Shown here: positions 12,673-23,509 of the stretch, piece after piece
Position numbering within the stretch: the first letter of the stretch is position 1
Layout of the letters: each line of letters begins with the position of its first letter
Assembly: GCA_010093745.1 (NCBI GenBank)
Contig: MU005973.1
Span: 62,001-126,000 of the forward strand
From: Piedraia hortae CBS 480.64
Lineage: Eukaryota
Length of the DNA stretch: 64,000 bases
Direction of reading: 5' to 3'
Position numbers and translations under genes: made by a program
Notes under the pieces: generated by a model
What the model was told of the DNA's origin: nothing
The model's database searches: none
What the model saw: only the letters and a program-made list of their open reading frames with translations

Positions 12673-13690
12673 ATTGCCAGACCCAAAGCCTGCATACCTG
12701 GATAGAGAGCCCGAGTATTGTCAGGGTGTCAGTCGGGGATGTCGAACCGGGGACCAATCAAGAACAGGCTGTCAAAGGGTATTGTCTCTGATTTATAATT
12801 TGAGGACGGTTGATTTAGCCATTCTGCAATGGTTAATCTTGACGGTGCGGAAATGTCACGGGGTCCAGACGAGATCCATGGAGGGCAAAGCAAAGGCCAA
12901 GCAAGCGAATGCACCCCTGGGCCTGTAGGAGATTGAAGCATGTCCGGCACATCAGACCGACGCCAGCCTTGTTCGGGGGAGTCAACCATGCTTGACGCCT
13001 CGATTATCGCAGCAACTGCACGTTCCGGCGATCACAAGGCGGGGCATTTTGGCAGGATGCACTTACATGAGCGCTCGTGGCGGTCGGATATTGGCACCGC
13101 CGTATATAGCGAACGGACATGAAATCTGGTGGAGTGACATTTTTCTTTTTTCCCCTTATTCATCTTTGAATGATGAGACGCCTCAGCCCTGGCGCGTCAT
13201 CCCGCATAATTCTTGCCGCGGCATTTCCTTTTGTTGATTTTTTTTTCTGAGAGCGTTGGGCCAGGCGCTGCAAGGCTTCATGGCACGTAATCCGTAAGAA
13301 GGCCAAAGATAATGCACGCCTTGTGCAATGGCTTACATGCAGCATGGAGAGGGGAAACCGTCGGTCATCAGTTGGAAAGAGTTTGGTCTGGCAAGCCACA
13401 CAACAGCTATGGGCAGGCTGGCTCCCTGTCGCTATAATGGTCAATTAATAATATCGTGTTTTGATGCTACTCCGTTGCTCCGTTGCCGGCGCTGGACGGA
13501 GATCGTTTGGCGCATGTACGATCGGACAACATCCTTGATGGCGCAAAGAGGCTGCAGCGGGCAGGTTGCCGACCGGGGAAAACCGTTGTGCTGATCCTGG
13601 GGAGTGGACTGTCATAACAGAGTTTGGACTACCGTTGCCACCGTACAGTATTGTCCGTGTTTTGCTATTGCGCGAGATCCTGATGCGACG

Positions 13691-14741
13691 CTATCCTCTC
13701 GTTTCTGCCACAACGCCGTCGCACCATGAACACCTAGTTCGTTTAGCCGATGATCGCGTCTATTGCCAGCCAACTTACCAGCTGCGGTTGATGCCGCCAT
13801 CTCGCTCGTCATTGTACTCTTCAACTGCGGCGCCGACCAGAACCTGTTTCTTCATCTTCATCTTGATCAGGCCACCGATGCCTTCGACTTCTTGGGTCGT
13901 ATAGCTGTTGCCGTGACGCCGATGGGCAGCCTCGGCTTCGGCCGATACAGCTTCATCGTCCACCTCGATTTCGTGCTCCATGGTCGTGGCAGCCAGACAG
14001 TCGCTTCCACGCCCGCATTCGACGCCTACCTGTCTCTCGCCGAGCCCCGTGCCGAAGCCTCCGCATTGTGAGTATTTTGTGCGCCATAGCCAGCCTCGCC
14101 AATATTGCCTATCCGCTGTGTTCAAAGCCTGTCCGCACGCCCTGCACAACCAAATTCCACGTTCCACACACATGCACGGCGTTTGTGCAATGTTGGTCTG
14201 GATCTGACTAGTTTCTGACCTTGATAACCGTTCCAGTGGCGCTTTCAAGCATGTTCGACACAGACGTCGATAGCGGCCGTTGAGGTCCGACTTTGTCGTC
14301 TTAACCACGCAATTCTGATTCAAGTCAGACTGCATCATTAGAACTAACATAGCAACATACCCTGCAAACCACCGTCCCGCACTTGCGACATTCGCCAACA
14401 AGGTCCCTGGCACATACCATTCCCCGAGAGTTGGCTGTATCATTCTCACAGCGCAATGCCTGACGAACCAGTAGGCGTCGATTCTGAAGCAACGCTTCTC
14501 GGATTTGACGGCAAGTCCTTGATAGTTCGTGAAGGGAATTTAGGTCTAGATGCTTTGCTATGGCGGAAATGGTTCTGGCGAATGTTAAAATAGTTTGATT
14601 CTCAGTCGGATTGACTCACGGATAGCATGCCAGTATCGTAGTGAGATTCGCAATATTCGGATCGTACCGTGCTTGTTTGGCTTCATCTATGCAGGGCTGT
14701 TTGTCTTCTTCCTCTTGGTCCAGATCAACCAGCCTAGCCAT
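13691..14741 (-). CDS. Conserved fungal protein with F-box-like N-terminus and Cys-rich (probably Zn-binding) motifs
   Basis: Introns 14619-14575, 14360-14315 and 13778-13734 give CYPTISAIAKHLDLNSLHELSRTCRQIREALL..CARDLVGECRKCGTVVCRNC..RLCRTC..CMC..WLCRAC..RSWCSWCDG. The ORF track captures only part of it. Confidence 0.75.
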
Positions 14742-15661
14742 GGTGAACGCTCTGGGACAGGATTTTGTCGGTTTACTGCAGAGATTTAAGGTGTTCTCGT
14801 GCAGTAGGCGGCGGAAGCTTCCGGGTCAACCTCGACCCGTTGACAAGCGGCAGTGAATTTATCATCGACAGAAAACGCTTGCTCAACGTTTTATGTGGTA
14901 CCGAGGCGTGTGCAAAATGATATCCTACATTGCAGCTTTCTTGATACGGAACTCGAGTAGTTTGGTTATGAGAATGCGTGTCACGGCCGTGTAAACCGAC
15001 TGGCTATCATTTCCTCCCTTTCTGTGCTTTCTTGTTCCGGTAGTTGTCTCTTGGCACGACGTCAATTTCTTTTCGTGCCTTCCCAATTCGGGTGATGATG
15101 ATATGTACGATTCTACATATATGCGTCTACAGTGCGTGCGCTTGGCAGACGAGACTCGGCCAATGAAGCATTAAAGATTAGGCAGGTAGCCGAAGCGCAG
15201 TTCTGTGTAGAGGCAGCCTCTTCAGCAAGACCTTGCGATCCGCACACTGGCGAAGCTATCATAGTCAAGATGTGGCCAGACAGATATTCCAGAGCCGTCT
15301 TGCGCCTTGCCCATAGACTATTTCACTAAACTGCGGCACACATTGAACACTCGGAAGGTCCTGTTCGTCGTGTGTACATGATGTCACACAGCAACTTGGC
15401 AGTATCTCACAGATGAAACGCTGGCATTGAGAGAAGAGACGGGCTACACGGCCAAAGAATCCATTTGCACATCTGAACATCATGGGCCGATCGACAGTAA
15501 ATCTATGAGCGAAAGATGGGGACGAAAAGTGTATATACGGATGGCTTGAGTTTCCCCTGGATCGCACACGGCACCTGTCGCGTGGCAGCAATTCCACGCC
15601 GTTTTCTGACGCGCCTCCAACGGCCCCTTGCAGGCCACGACAACCAACAGCTCCCAACACC

Positions 15662-17764
15662 ATGACAGCATTGGGAGGGCCGCACGCGGCCGGCATCTTC
15701 GCCGACATGACGGTCGACGGCCCGGAGATCGGCACGCTGGTGCTGGTCGTCGACCGGGCCAAGAACCTGCCGAACCGCAAGACCATGGGCAAGCAGAACC
15801 CGTACTGCGCCGCACGACTGGGCAAGGAGGCCAAGAAGACTGAGACAGACAAGCGCGGAGGCCAAACGCCACGATGGTACGGCCCATATAATCCGAAATT
15901 AACAGGAACTGACGATCACAGGGACCAGGAACTGCGCTTCACTGTGCACGACTCGCCCGACTACCACAACCTCAAAGTGTCAGTGTTTCGCGAGGACAAG
16001 AAGACGGATCTTATCGGCGAGACGTGGGTTGGCCTGACCGATGTTGTCGTACCGGGCGGCGGTAAGAGCGACCTCTGGCAAGGCCTGACGTGCAAGGGCA
16101 AGTATGCAGGCGAGATACGCATCGAGCTGACCTTCTACGACTCGCGGCCAAAGCCGGAGGAGCCGCTGAACAAAAGTGTCGGTGGTGGCAGTCGTGTGAA
16201 GCGAAGACCGGTGCCGTCGAGCAGCGGCATTACGCCAGACACAATCCCCGAACCAGCGCCTCCGGGAAGGGCCAGACATGGACCGCGAGACTTTAGCTCG
16301 CCTGCGCGCACAAGATCCACTCCACAGGACGCCATGGACTTCCACCGTTCGCAGATGCATTCTCTCTACGGCAACACGCCGCCCGCCCATTTGCAAGAGG
16401 AGCAGCCAGAGCCCGATCTGCCTCAGTTGCTGCCGAAGCGGCCGTCAGTTCAGTCCCAGCAGCGGTCAATGCAGCCAGCTCCTCTCCGAACAAGACCGCC
16501 TGTCCATGCCCTCCCGCACGCCTACTCTGCTCCTGTAGTACCTCAGCAGCAGCAGCAGCAGCAGCACGTAGCACTCACTTATCAAGACGTAGCACCCACC
16601 TACCAAGACGAATACGACTATCCCGAGCCGGAGCCGGAGCAGGAAATGTACGAAGAGTACGAGTCTCCTTCGGAAATGGACGAGGCACCACCACCTCCAC
16701 CGCCAATCCACCACAGCCACAGCGCGCCTCCGGATCAGCTTCCCCACTACGGACGCAGTCCAGCTCAATACGCCTCACCACAAGCAACTCCGCCGCGCAG
16801 CCACCACGGATCGGTAGATCTGTACTCCAGTCCCCCTCCGAGCCTGATCCCAGGCCCACCCTCATCACCTTACGCCCGACCCTCCCCCACGGGACGTGTA
16901 ACGAACCACCGCCACAGCATGATCGAACCCCGTCCACACCCTCTGTCTCAAGAAGTCGCTCCCCCGCAAGGGTACTACCCCGATCAACCGCAATACTCCC
17001 CGCAGGCATACGAGCGAAGCTATCCCTACCAACACTCTCAGGCCTCCTACTCACAAGAACGCTTCCCCTCGCCGCAGGGCTCCTACCAAGAACCCACCTA
17101 CGCGGAGCAAGCCTACCCCCGGGCAGACCACTACACCCACCCAATCTCCCAAGGCCAAGCAACCCGCTCCCCAAGCCCCCTCCCCCACGAAGTCATCCCC
17201 CCTCGGTCTCGCAGCCCCATGCCGCGCCACCAACGAATGCAAAGCTCCCCGATCAACACCCTCCCCACGGGGGGAACCACTATCTACCGCCCCGTCCCGC
17301 GCAGCGTCCCCTCTCCCGTTCGCTCAAACACAAATCTCCCAGCGCGAAGCATCCCTCCCAGCATCCCTAGCATCCAACCTACCTCTCGCCCCTCATCCGT
17401 CGACCACCGCCCACTACCGCGAAAATCCATCCCCATCGAACCCCCAGCCACCAAATCACCCTCGACATCCTCGGTGCCTTTCTCGCCGGATAGCTTCTCC
17501 TCCCCCGCGGAAACCGCCGCCCCATCAACAATTGTAGGCTGGCATGGCCAAGAAATTGATCCGTCGGATCACCTGCCCGTGAATTCTTGGGCGCCGGAGC
17601 CGGAGAAGAAGGGTCCCGAGAAGAAATATGGGGCTGGGAGGGAGAGGGATTTCGGACCCAGGAGGGATTATGCGGTTGTGAGGAAGAAGGATGATACCGA
17701 GGCGTTGGCGAGGGAGATTAGGAGTATTACGCTTAATGGGGAGGGGAGAAGGAGGAGGTTTTAA
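15662..17764 (+). CDS. C2-domain cytokinesis/ingression protein (Inn1/Fic1-like) with long Pro-rich tail
   Basis: N-terminal C2 domain (IGTLVLVVDRAKNLPNRKTMGKQNPYC..GGQTPRWDQELRF..AGEIRIELTFYD) and a conserved late motif IDPSDHLPVNSWAPEPE. There is a probable in-frame 45-nt intron at 15877-15921. Confidence 0.85.
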   Translation: MTALGGPHAAGIFADMTVDGPEIGTLVLVVDRAKNLPNRKTMGKQNPYCAARLGKEAKKTETDKRGGQTPRWYGPYNPKLTGTDDHRDQELRFTVHDSPDYHNLKVSVFREDKKTDLIGETWVGLTDVVVPGGGKSDLWQGLTCKGKYAGEIRIELTFYDSRPKPEEPLNKSVGGGSRVKRRPVPSSSGITPDTIPEPAPPGRARHGPRDFSSPARTRSTPQDAMDFHRSQMHSLYGNTPPAHLQEEQPEPDLPQLLPKRPSVQSQQRSMQPAPLRTRPPVHALPHAYSAPVVPQQQQQQQHVALTYQDVAPTYQDEYDYPEPEPEQEMYEEYESPSEMDEAPPPPPPIHHSHSAPPDQLPHYGRSPAQYASPQATPPRSHHGSVDLYSSPPPSLIPGPPSSPYARPSPTGRVTNHRHSMIEPRPHPLSQEVAPPQGYYPDQPQYSPQAYERSYPYQHSQASYSQERFPSPQGSYQEPTYAEQAYPRADHYTHPISQGQATRSPSPLPHEVIPPRSRSPMPRHQRMQSSPINTLPTGGTTIYRPVPRSVPSPVRSNTNLPARSIPPSIPSIQPTSRPSSVDHRPLPRKSIPIEPPATKSPSTSSVPFSPDSFSSPAETAAPSTIVGWHGQEIDPSDHLPVNSWAPEPEKKGPEKKYGAGRERDFGPRRDYAVVRKKDDTEALAREIRSITLNGEGRRRRF

Positions 17765-18010
17765 ATCGAGAATGAATGGGATAGACGATGGGAGCGTTAG
17801 TTTAATGGTTTATGGGGGAGTTGGGTGTGGATAGATTGTCACTGGAGTGGTTAGAGATTAACAAAATGTCCATATCATGCCCATTATATATCCTGCCTAC
17901 TTCTATCCCATTCGCCGTGACTAAACCCCCTCGTAAACCCATTAGATCATTCCATGTCTTTTCGATTAAACACAAAAGATCCCCCCCCACCCCCAAATAA
18001 TTACACTTCA

Positions 18011-21000
18011 TCACAGCCAAATCGCAAAAATAAACGAGGCAAGGGCAGCGGCCACGACGCTAATTTGCACCGCTGCGTCTTTGACGGCAATGCCTTGTAC
18101 TTCGGTGGTGCCGGTTACCCGTGCCGGGAAGAGGGTTTCTTTGGATGACCCGCCACCGATTGTTGAGACGTCCAAAAGGGTTGCCTCGGGCTCGAGTGAA
18201 ATTACGTAGCCTTTTCCGTCAATTGTCACAGTCTCGGTGTCGCCAGGCGTCAGCGTCTTGCCGTCAATGACATATGTCGCGCCATTGTTGATGGCAGTAA
18301 AATTTCGCTTGCCGATGCTGAGGATAGGCGCCGCCGTAGGTACGATGCCGTATGCGCCCGAGATGGTAGACGTGATGGTGTGGTCTGACGAGATGGTTAT
18401 GACTGCCGTGCCGGCGCCGTCAAGGGAAACTGTCTGTCCAGAAACGGCGATGGCTCCACCTCGCGTCAGCGTCTGTCCGTTGACGAGATATGTTGGTCCG
18501 GCACCTAAGTCGTACATTGCCGCCTCGTACGTCGTTCCCGCTATAGTGAGAACGGGCGCTCCCGTAGACATGGCGCCAATCATACCGATGGGAGATGTCA
18601 TTGTCTTGGAGCCGACGATGGAGTAAAGCACGTTGGCGTCCTTGTTGAGAGATACCGTCTCAACCCCGTTAGGGCCACTCATCGTGACGGCGCCTCCCGG
18701 CGTCAAAGACTGTTCACCAATGACATATGTTGTTCCACCGTTGCCGCCATAAACTTGCCCATCAACGGTCAGGATTGGAGGTGCAGTGATGGTAGCAATA
18801 ACATGTCCAGTGGCCGTGGCGCCGAGTTGTGTGGTCTTACCATTGATCACCACATAAGAAGCATCCGGGCTAAGAGATATAGTTGTCCCCGATACGACAG
18901 CAACACCGCCAGGCGCGAATATCGTCCCGCCTACATCAAAAGTGGATCCGGCATTGGGTTGATACACGGTCTTGCCAAGTGTCAGACAAGGCATGGGGGT
19001 GACGGCAGCCGGATTCAACCCTTGGGTTTTGCCGTCAACAACAATTGCAGTAGCCTCATCTGCAAGACTAATTGTAGTGCCGTCAATCGTAACCACGCCA
19101 CCCGGGGTCAAAGTTGCTCCTGGACCCAGGCTAAACTGCGTTGCTGCGTTGGCTGTATACGTGACCTGGCCAAGGGTGATCAAGGGGATATTGGCGGCAG
19201 CTCCTGGTGTAGCATGACCAATAGACTGAGTATTGCCATTGATGACAACTGCCGAAGCGCCAGGCACAAGGCTGATTGTCGACCCGTCCATGGTTACCAC
19301 CTCGCCAGCAGTTAATGTTGCTCCGCCCCACTGGAAGTTTCCTGCCGTGTCTGCTGACAGTGTAGCAGAACCAACCGTGATAACGGGATCTGCATGGCCA
19401 ACTGCCTGAGTGTGTCCGTTCACGACGATTTCCGAAGCGTCTGGTGACAGGCTAATTGTAGTGCCATCTGCCGTGACAACGCCGCCAGGGGTCAATGTCG
19501 CTCCTCCCAAGTGAAACCCAGATGAGGCACCAGCAGTTACTGTAGCAGAGCCCACCGTGATAACAGGGCTGGCGCCAATAGCTTGTGTGTGTCCGTTGAT
19601 GACGACCTCTGAGGCGCCTTGAGCAAGACTAACGGTTGTGCCGTCAATTGTGACAACACCACCCGGTGCTACTGTTGATGCACCGAAATGATAGTTGCTT
19701 CCTGCACCGGCGGTCAACGTAGCAAAGCCGACGGTCATCATCGGTTGGTGTGCCGGAGTTGCATGATGTACAGCAGCTGTTGAGCCGCCTATGATGACAG
19801 CCGACCCTTGGGGAACCATACTGACAGGTGTACCGTCAACAGTGAGGGCGGGCTTGCCTGGTGCTAGATCCTGGCCTCCAATATTGAAACCGGGAGCTGA
19901 CTGAGCTGTGAGGGCAACACCATTGACATTGGCAGTTGATGCCGCCGGAGCGAGCCAGTGATACGAAGAGCCATCCACTACAATCGTATTTCCTCCTGCA
20001 AGAGCCGAAATGGTTCTGCCGTCCACTGTTAACGCGGGACCGCCAGGCCGTGCTGTTTGCCCTCCAGCAACATAGGCAGGCGTTGGCTGAGCGGTGATGA
20101 TGGAGCCACCCAAGGTGAGAACAGGCCAAGTTTGTCCTCCGCTCCCAGCATTGGAGCCGTCCTGCCCATTACTTGAACCATCGGGTCCATAACCTTGACC
20201 GTGGTTCCACGACCAACCGTCACCTGCAGAGCCTGAGTTGGATCCTGATGAGCCAGAGCCGGACGATCCTGAACCACCTCCTGATCCGCCATACTGAGAG
20301 CCACCATTCGCGCCAGTTATTCCATTGGAGCCCGACCCAGAGCCTGCGCCAGATCCTTGGGAACCACCAGAATTCGATGACCCCAAGACTCCACCTCCAT
20401 TTGATGATCCAGAGCCGGAAGAGCCGGAGCCGGAGCCGGAACCAGAGTTGGACGATCCGGAACCTGTACCTCCAATGGAGCCTGATAGCCCAGACTCTAC
20501 ACCCGATGGTCCTGAGTGTCCACCTGATGATCCAGTATGTCCATCTGATGACCCAGAGCCTCCGTTTCCTGAGCCAGAGTTCCCGTTTCCTGAACTAGAC
20601 CCACCACTTCCCGACCCTGAGCCTCCATTGTTTGAGCCAGAGTTCCCACTGTCAGAGCCAGAGCCTCCACTGTCAGAGCCAGAGCCTCCAGATGACCCAG
20701 AGCTTCCTGACGATCCAGATGATCCAGAGCCGCCAGAACCACCAGACGATCCGGAGCTGCCAGATGATCCAGACCCCCCAGAACCCCCGGAGCTTCCAGA
20801 CGACCCAAAGCTTCCAGAATCACCGGACGACCCGGAAGACCCAGATCCTCCAGACGAGCCAGACGAGCCTGAGCCTCCCGAACCTCCCGAACCGCCAGAT
20901 GACCCAGACCCCGACCCTCCATTGCCTGAGCCTGAGTCACTTCCCTCCCCACCACCATTCGACCCACCCGACCCAATAACAGTCCCAACAACAGTAGCAT

Positions 21001-23509
21001 CGCCATACCTCGTCGTAACAACAATCGCAGAGCTAGGAACATCAACCTTCATCGTGATGATATTCCCATTATCAGCCGCAACAAAGGTCTTTATACCGTG
21101 TGGATCCTCAGGCTGGGCCTTTGTCGGTGTAGGCGAGGGTTTATTATTCCCTGGCGACGGCAAATCTAATGACTTCGCAGAGGCTTGAACAGACGGCGTT
21201 GCCTTGACGGTATACGTCCCTGGAGCTGTCGGGTGGGTGACACCCGGAGGAAGGGTCGCTGTGGGTTTATCAAGCCCGTAAAGCGAAGCAGATTTCCCAC
21301 CGGCAACGACCTTTTGGACCACGACGACGACTGTAGGCGTTGCGACCCATGTACCTGCGATGACGGCGTTGGGGAGGTCGATGTCATCGAGGAAAGATCG
21401 GTCGATTGTTCCCGTGACTTTGGCTGCGGTGGGGGTTGGGTCTCGGACGACGTGGGGCCCGTAGTAGCGAAAACTGTAGGGGGTTGACATGTTGTGGATT
21501 CTGGTCGTGCGCTCGCAGATGGGAGGGCCTTCGGCTGGTGTGACGTTGTGAGCGTACATGACCTCGTAGGCGGAGAAATAAACGAAGGGAGCCCCGGCGG
21601 TGAAGGCACTGGTTGTATCGTTGCCGATGGTTATAGCCGGTGGAGTTGGGGCGACGGCTACGCTGGGGATATCTCCCGTTCCGCTGGATTTGTGGATTGG
21701 GGTAAAGGCTGTTTGTGTCACAACTGTTGTGCCGGCGGCGACTGGCGTGGGAGTGCTCTCGCATACGCCGACCCAGTACTGGTACGATGGGGCAGCGGAA
21801 CTGTTGGAAGAAGAGTACGCAGTTGCGGTGACGAGAGATGACCAGGTACAGGTCGGTTGGGTTAGAGCCGTACTGACGTTGAATGAAGTTGATGCGGGCA
21901 CAACAGTCCAGCCGGTGGATGTACCATTAGGGGCAATCTTCGGGGAGAAGGTGGAAGCGGTGTAAGTGTATGTTTGATGATACCACCAATCCAGTGTTGC
22001 GTCCATTACGTTGACTGTGGGAAGTGGATCGCAGGATATACTCCCTCGGCTGGTCTCATTGGAAGTCAGTGGCTCTGCGAATGGATAGATATTTGACGGT
22101 TGAGGTACAGGTGCGAATGCAGGACCAGAGACATCATAAGGACTCGTGTTGGAGCCGTGGGAACTTGATGGAGTTGTGTAGTTCGGGTATGGGTACCCAG
22201 TCCCCGGTAGCAAAGAAACTCCGGCAGTGGAGGCATTCTGCAAGGATCCTCCAGTTCCTGTCCATATTGGAATTGCATAGAGGCTTGACGAGCCATTTGA
22301 TGAGATTGAAGTGTTTGCCGAGGTGGGAAAAGCGGTTGAAGCAAGAGACAGATTTGCTGAGCCATGCCCACTGCCCGTGCCAAATATACTTGGTGCTGGG
22401 CCAGTAGACATCACTATTGGTGCGGTTCCTGACGAATTCACCGACACAAGCCCAGTGCCAGTAGACAGTATTATTGATGCCGTGCCTACTGATGCATTTG
22501 CTGATACAAGTCCAGTGCCAGTGGATAGCACGACTAGCACTGTTCCTGACACATTCGCCGACACGACTCCAGTACCAGTAGACAGCATTATCGGTGCTGT
22601 TCTTGATGCATTTGCCAATGTGAATCCTGTGCCGGTAGACAGCACCATTGATGATGTCCCGGACGCATTCACCGATACGATGCCGGTGCCAGAAGAAAAC
22701 ACGGTTGGTGCTATCCCTGACGCGTTCATCGATACGAGTCCGGTCCCAATTGATAGTGCTATCGACGAGTATGCGTCGGATGCATTTGCTGAGTTAGTCC
22801 CAATACCAGCTGATGGATCAAGAGAAGGGCTGTAGTCTGTGCTGGTGGAGTTGTCTGGCAGCAGTACAGAGCCAGTCGACGGCATCTGAGACACTGATGC
22901 GCGTGATGTGCTTGTATATCCATCAGTCGATAGCCCTGTGCCAGCATCGGACCGAGAGGAATTGCCCGAACCAACTCCATTATCTGTCGAAGAATGCACT
23001 GGTGGAGACTCGGTTTCCGCGCCAGATGAGTTCGATGCGACCCCGGTTCCCATCAATGTTTGTCTGCTTGGATCCCCTGTGCCTGTGCTGGACAGGTTGG
23101 CTGATGAGGCCCCACCATAAGTTGACCATACCAGCAAAGACCCCCCAGTTCCCGGCCCAGATGTGATGACAGAACTTCCCACTCCCGTAGGTGATAATAA
23201 TGATGATGTCCCTGACTGGGTGGTGGAGTTTAGTGTGGAGTATGGTGTGTTTGAGTCTGTCCATGACTCGCTTGCAGAACTTAGTGAGGTAGATTCGACA
23301 TTACGTGATGTTTCTGAGCCTGTAGTCAAGGCTATTGGCGTGGATGTTGATGCTGCAGATGTTACCGTATCTGGCCACTGCGAAGTGCTGGACGAGGTGG
23401 AGGATGAATTTGAGACACTGGCGGATGTAAGATTGCGAGGGTATATCGGTGGAGACGCAGCAGCGAATGCTTGGCTGAGGCAATAGAAAAGGACACAAGG
23501 ATGGAGCAT
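18011..23509 (-). CDS. Large secreted, probably GPI-anchored Ser/Thr/Gly-rich mucin/adhesin-like cell-surface protein (1832 aa)
   Basis: Signal peptide MLHPCVLFYCLSQAFAA, Ser/Thr-rich repeats with N-x-S/T sites, a Gly/Ser block, repeated GxxTLTPGGVVTIDGTTISL modules, and a hydrophobic C-terminus (ISVVAAALASFIFAIWL*). Confidence 0.8.
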   Translation of the reverse strand: MLHPCVLFYCLSQAFAAASPPIYPRNLTSASVSNSSSTSSSTSQWPDTVTSAASTSTPIALTTGSETSRNVESTSLSSASESWTDSNTPYSTLNSTTQSGTSSLLSPTGVGSSVITSGPGTGGSLLVWSTYGGASSANLSSTGTGDPSRQTLMGTGVASNSSGAETESPPVHSSTDNGVGSGNSSRSDAGTGLSTDGYTSTSRASVSQMPSTGSVLLPDNSTSTDYSPSLDPSAGIGTNSANASDAYSSIALSIGTGLVSMNASGIAPTVFSSGTGIVSVNASGTSSMVLSTGTGFTLANASRTAPIMLSTGTGVVSANVSGTVLVVLSTGTGLVSANASVGTASIILSTGTGLVSVNSSGTAPIVMSTGPAPSIFGTGSGHGSANLSLASTAFPTSANTSISSNGSSSLYAIPIWTGTGGSLQNASTAGVSLLPGTGYPYPNYTTPSSSHGSNTSPYDVSGPAFAPVPQPSNIYPFAEPLTSNETSRGSISCDPLPTVNVMDATLDWWYHQTYTYTASTFSPKIAPNGTSTGWTVVPASTSFNVSTALTQPTCTWSSLVTATAYSSSNSSAAPSYQYWVGVCESTPTPVAAGTTVVTQTAFTPIHKSSGTGDIPSVAVAPTPPAITIGNDTTSAFTAGAPFVYFSAYEVMYAHNVTPAEGPPICERTTRIHNMSTPYSFRYYGPHVVRDPTPTAAKVTGTIDRSFLDDIDLPNAVIAGTWVATPTVVVVVQKVVAGGKSASLYGLDKPTATLPPGVTHPTAPGTYTVKATPSVQASAKSLDLPSPGNNKPSPTPTKAQPEDPHGIKTFVAADNGNIITMKVDVPSSAIVVTTRYGDATVVGTVIGSGGSNGGGEGSDSGSGNGGSGSGSSGGSGGSGGSGSSGSSGGSGSSGSSGDSGSFGSSGSSGGSGGSGSSGSSGSSGGSGGSGSSGSSGSSGSSGGSGSDSGGSGSDSGNSGSNNGGSGSGSGGSSSGNGNSGSGNGGSGSSDGHTGSSGGHSGPSGVESGLSGSIGGTGSGSSNSGSGSGSGSSGSGSSNGGGVLGSSNSGGSQGSGAGSGSGSNGITGANGGSQYGGSGGGSGSSGSGSSGSNSGSAGDGWSWNHGQGYGPDGSSNGQDGSNAGSGGQTWPVLTLGGSIITAQPTPAYVAGGQTARPGGPALTVDGRTISALAGGNTIVVDGSSYHWLAPAASTANVNGVALTAQSAPGFNIGGQDLAPGKPALTVDGTPVSMVPQGSAVIIGGSTAAVHHATPAHQPMMTVGFATLTAGAGSNYHFGASTVAPGGVVTIDGTTVSLAQGASEVVINGHTQAIGASPVITVGSATVTAGASSGFHLGGATLTPGGVVTADGTTISLSPDASEIVVNGHTQAVGHADPVITVGSATLSADTAGNFQWGGATLTAGEVVTMDGSTISLVPGASAVVINGNTQSIGHATPGAAANIPLITLGQVTYTANAATQFSLGPGATLTPGGVVTIDGTTISLADEATAIVVDGKTQGLNPAAVTPMPCLTLGKTVYQPNAGSTFDVGGTIFAPGGVAVVSGTTISLSPDASYVVINGKTTQLGATATGHVIATITAPPILTVDGQVYGGNGGTTYVIGEQSLTPGGAVTMSGPNGVETVSLNKDANVLYSIVGSKTMTSPIGMIGAMSTGAPVLTIAGTTYEAAMYDLGAGPTYLVNGQTLTRGGAIAVSGQTVSLDGAGTAVITISSDHTITSTISGAYGIVPTAAPILSIGKRNFTAINNGATYVIDGKTLTPGDTETVTIDGKGYVISLEPEATLLDVSTIGGGSSKETLFPARVTGTTEVQGIAVKDAAVQISVVAAALASFIFAIWL
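20150..20990 (-). repeat. Gly/Ser low-complexity coding repeats (GSSGSSGGSG-type)
   Basis: Imperfect tandem units such as gagccagagcctccactgtca on the + strand. They generate the Pro/Asp/Glu shadow ORF 20325-21188. Confidence 0.85.
22380..22760 (-). repeat. About 19-aa tandem coding repeats (STGTGLVSANASGTAPIVL-like, about 6 copies)
   Basis: Recurring ccagtgccagtagacag-type units at about 57-nt spacing. Each unit carries an N-x-S glycosylation site. Confidence 0.8.

Noticed and set aside
13168..13252. ATGATGA...CTGA pair resembling a C/D snoRNA
   Set aside because: The sequence before the D box is poly-T with no rRNA complementarity I could identify, and there is no terminal stem.
10463..14741. 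UBC12 near F-box-like genes as a neddylation/SCF gene cluster
   Set aside because: UBC12 is a single-copy housekeeping gene and F-box-like genes are common, so proximity alone is uninformative.
20325..21188. 287-aa Pro/Asp/Glu-rich ORF on the + strand
   Set aside because: It is the antisense shadow of the Gly/Ser repeat block in the 1832-aa gene.
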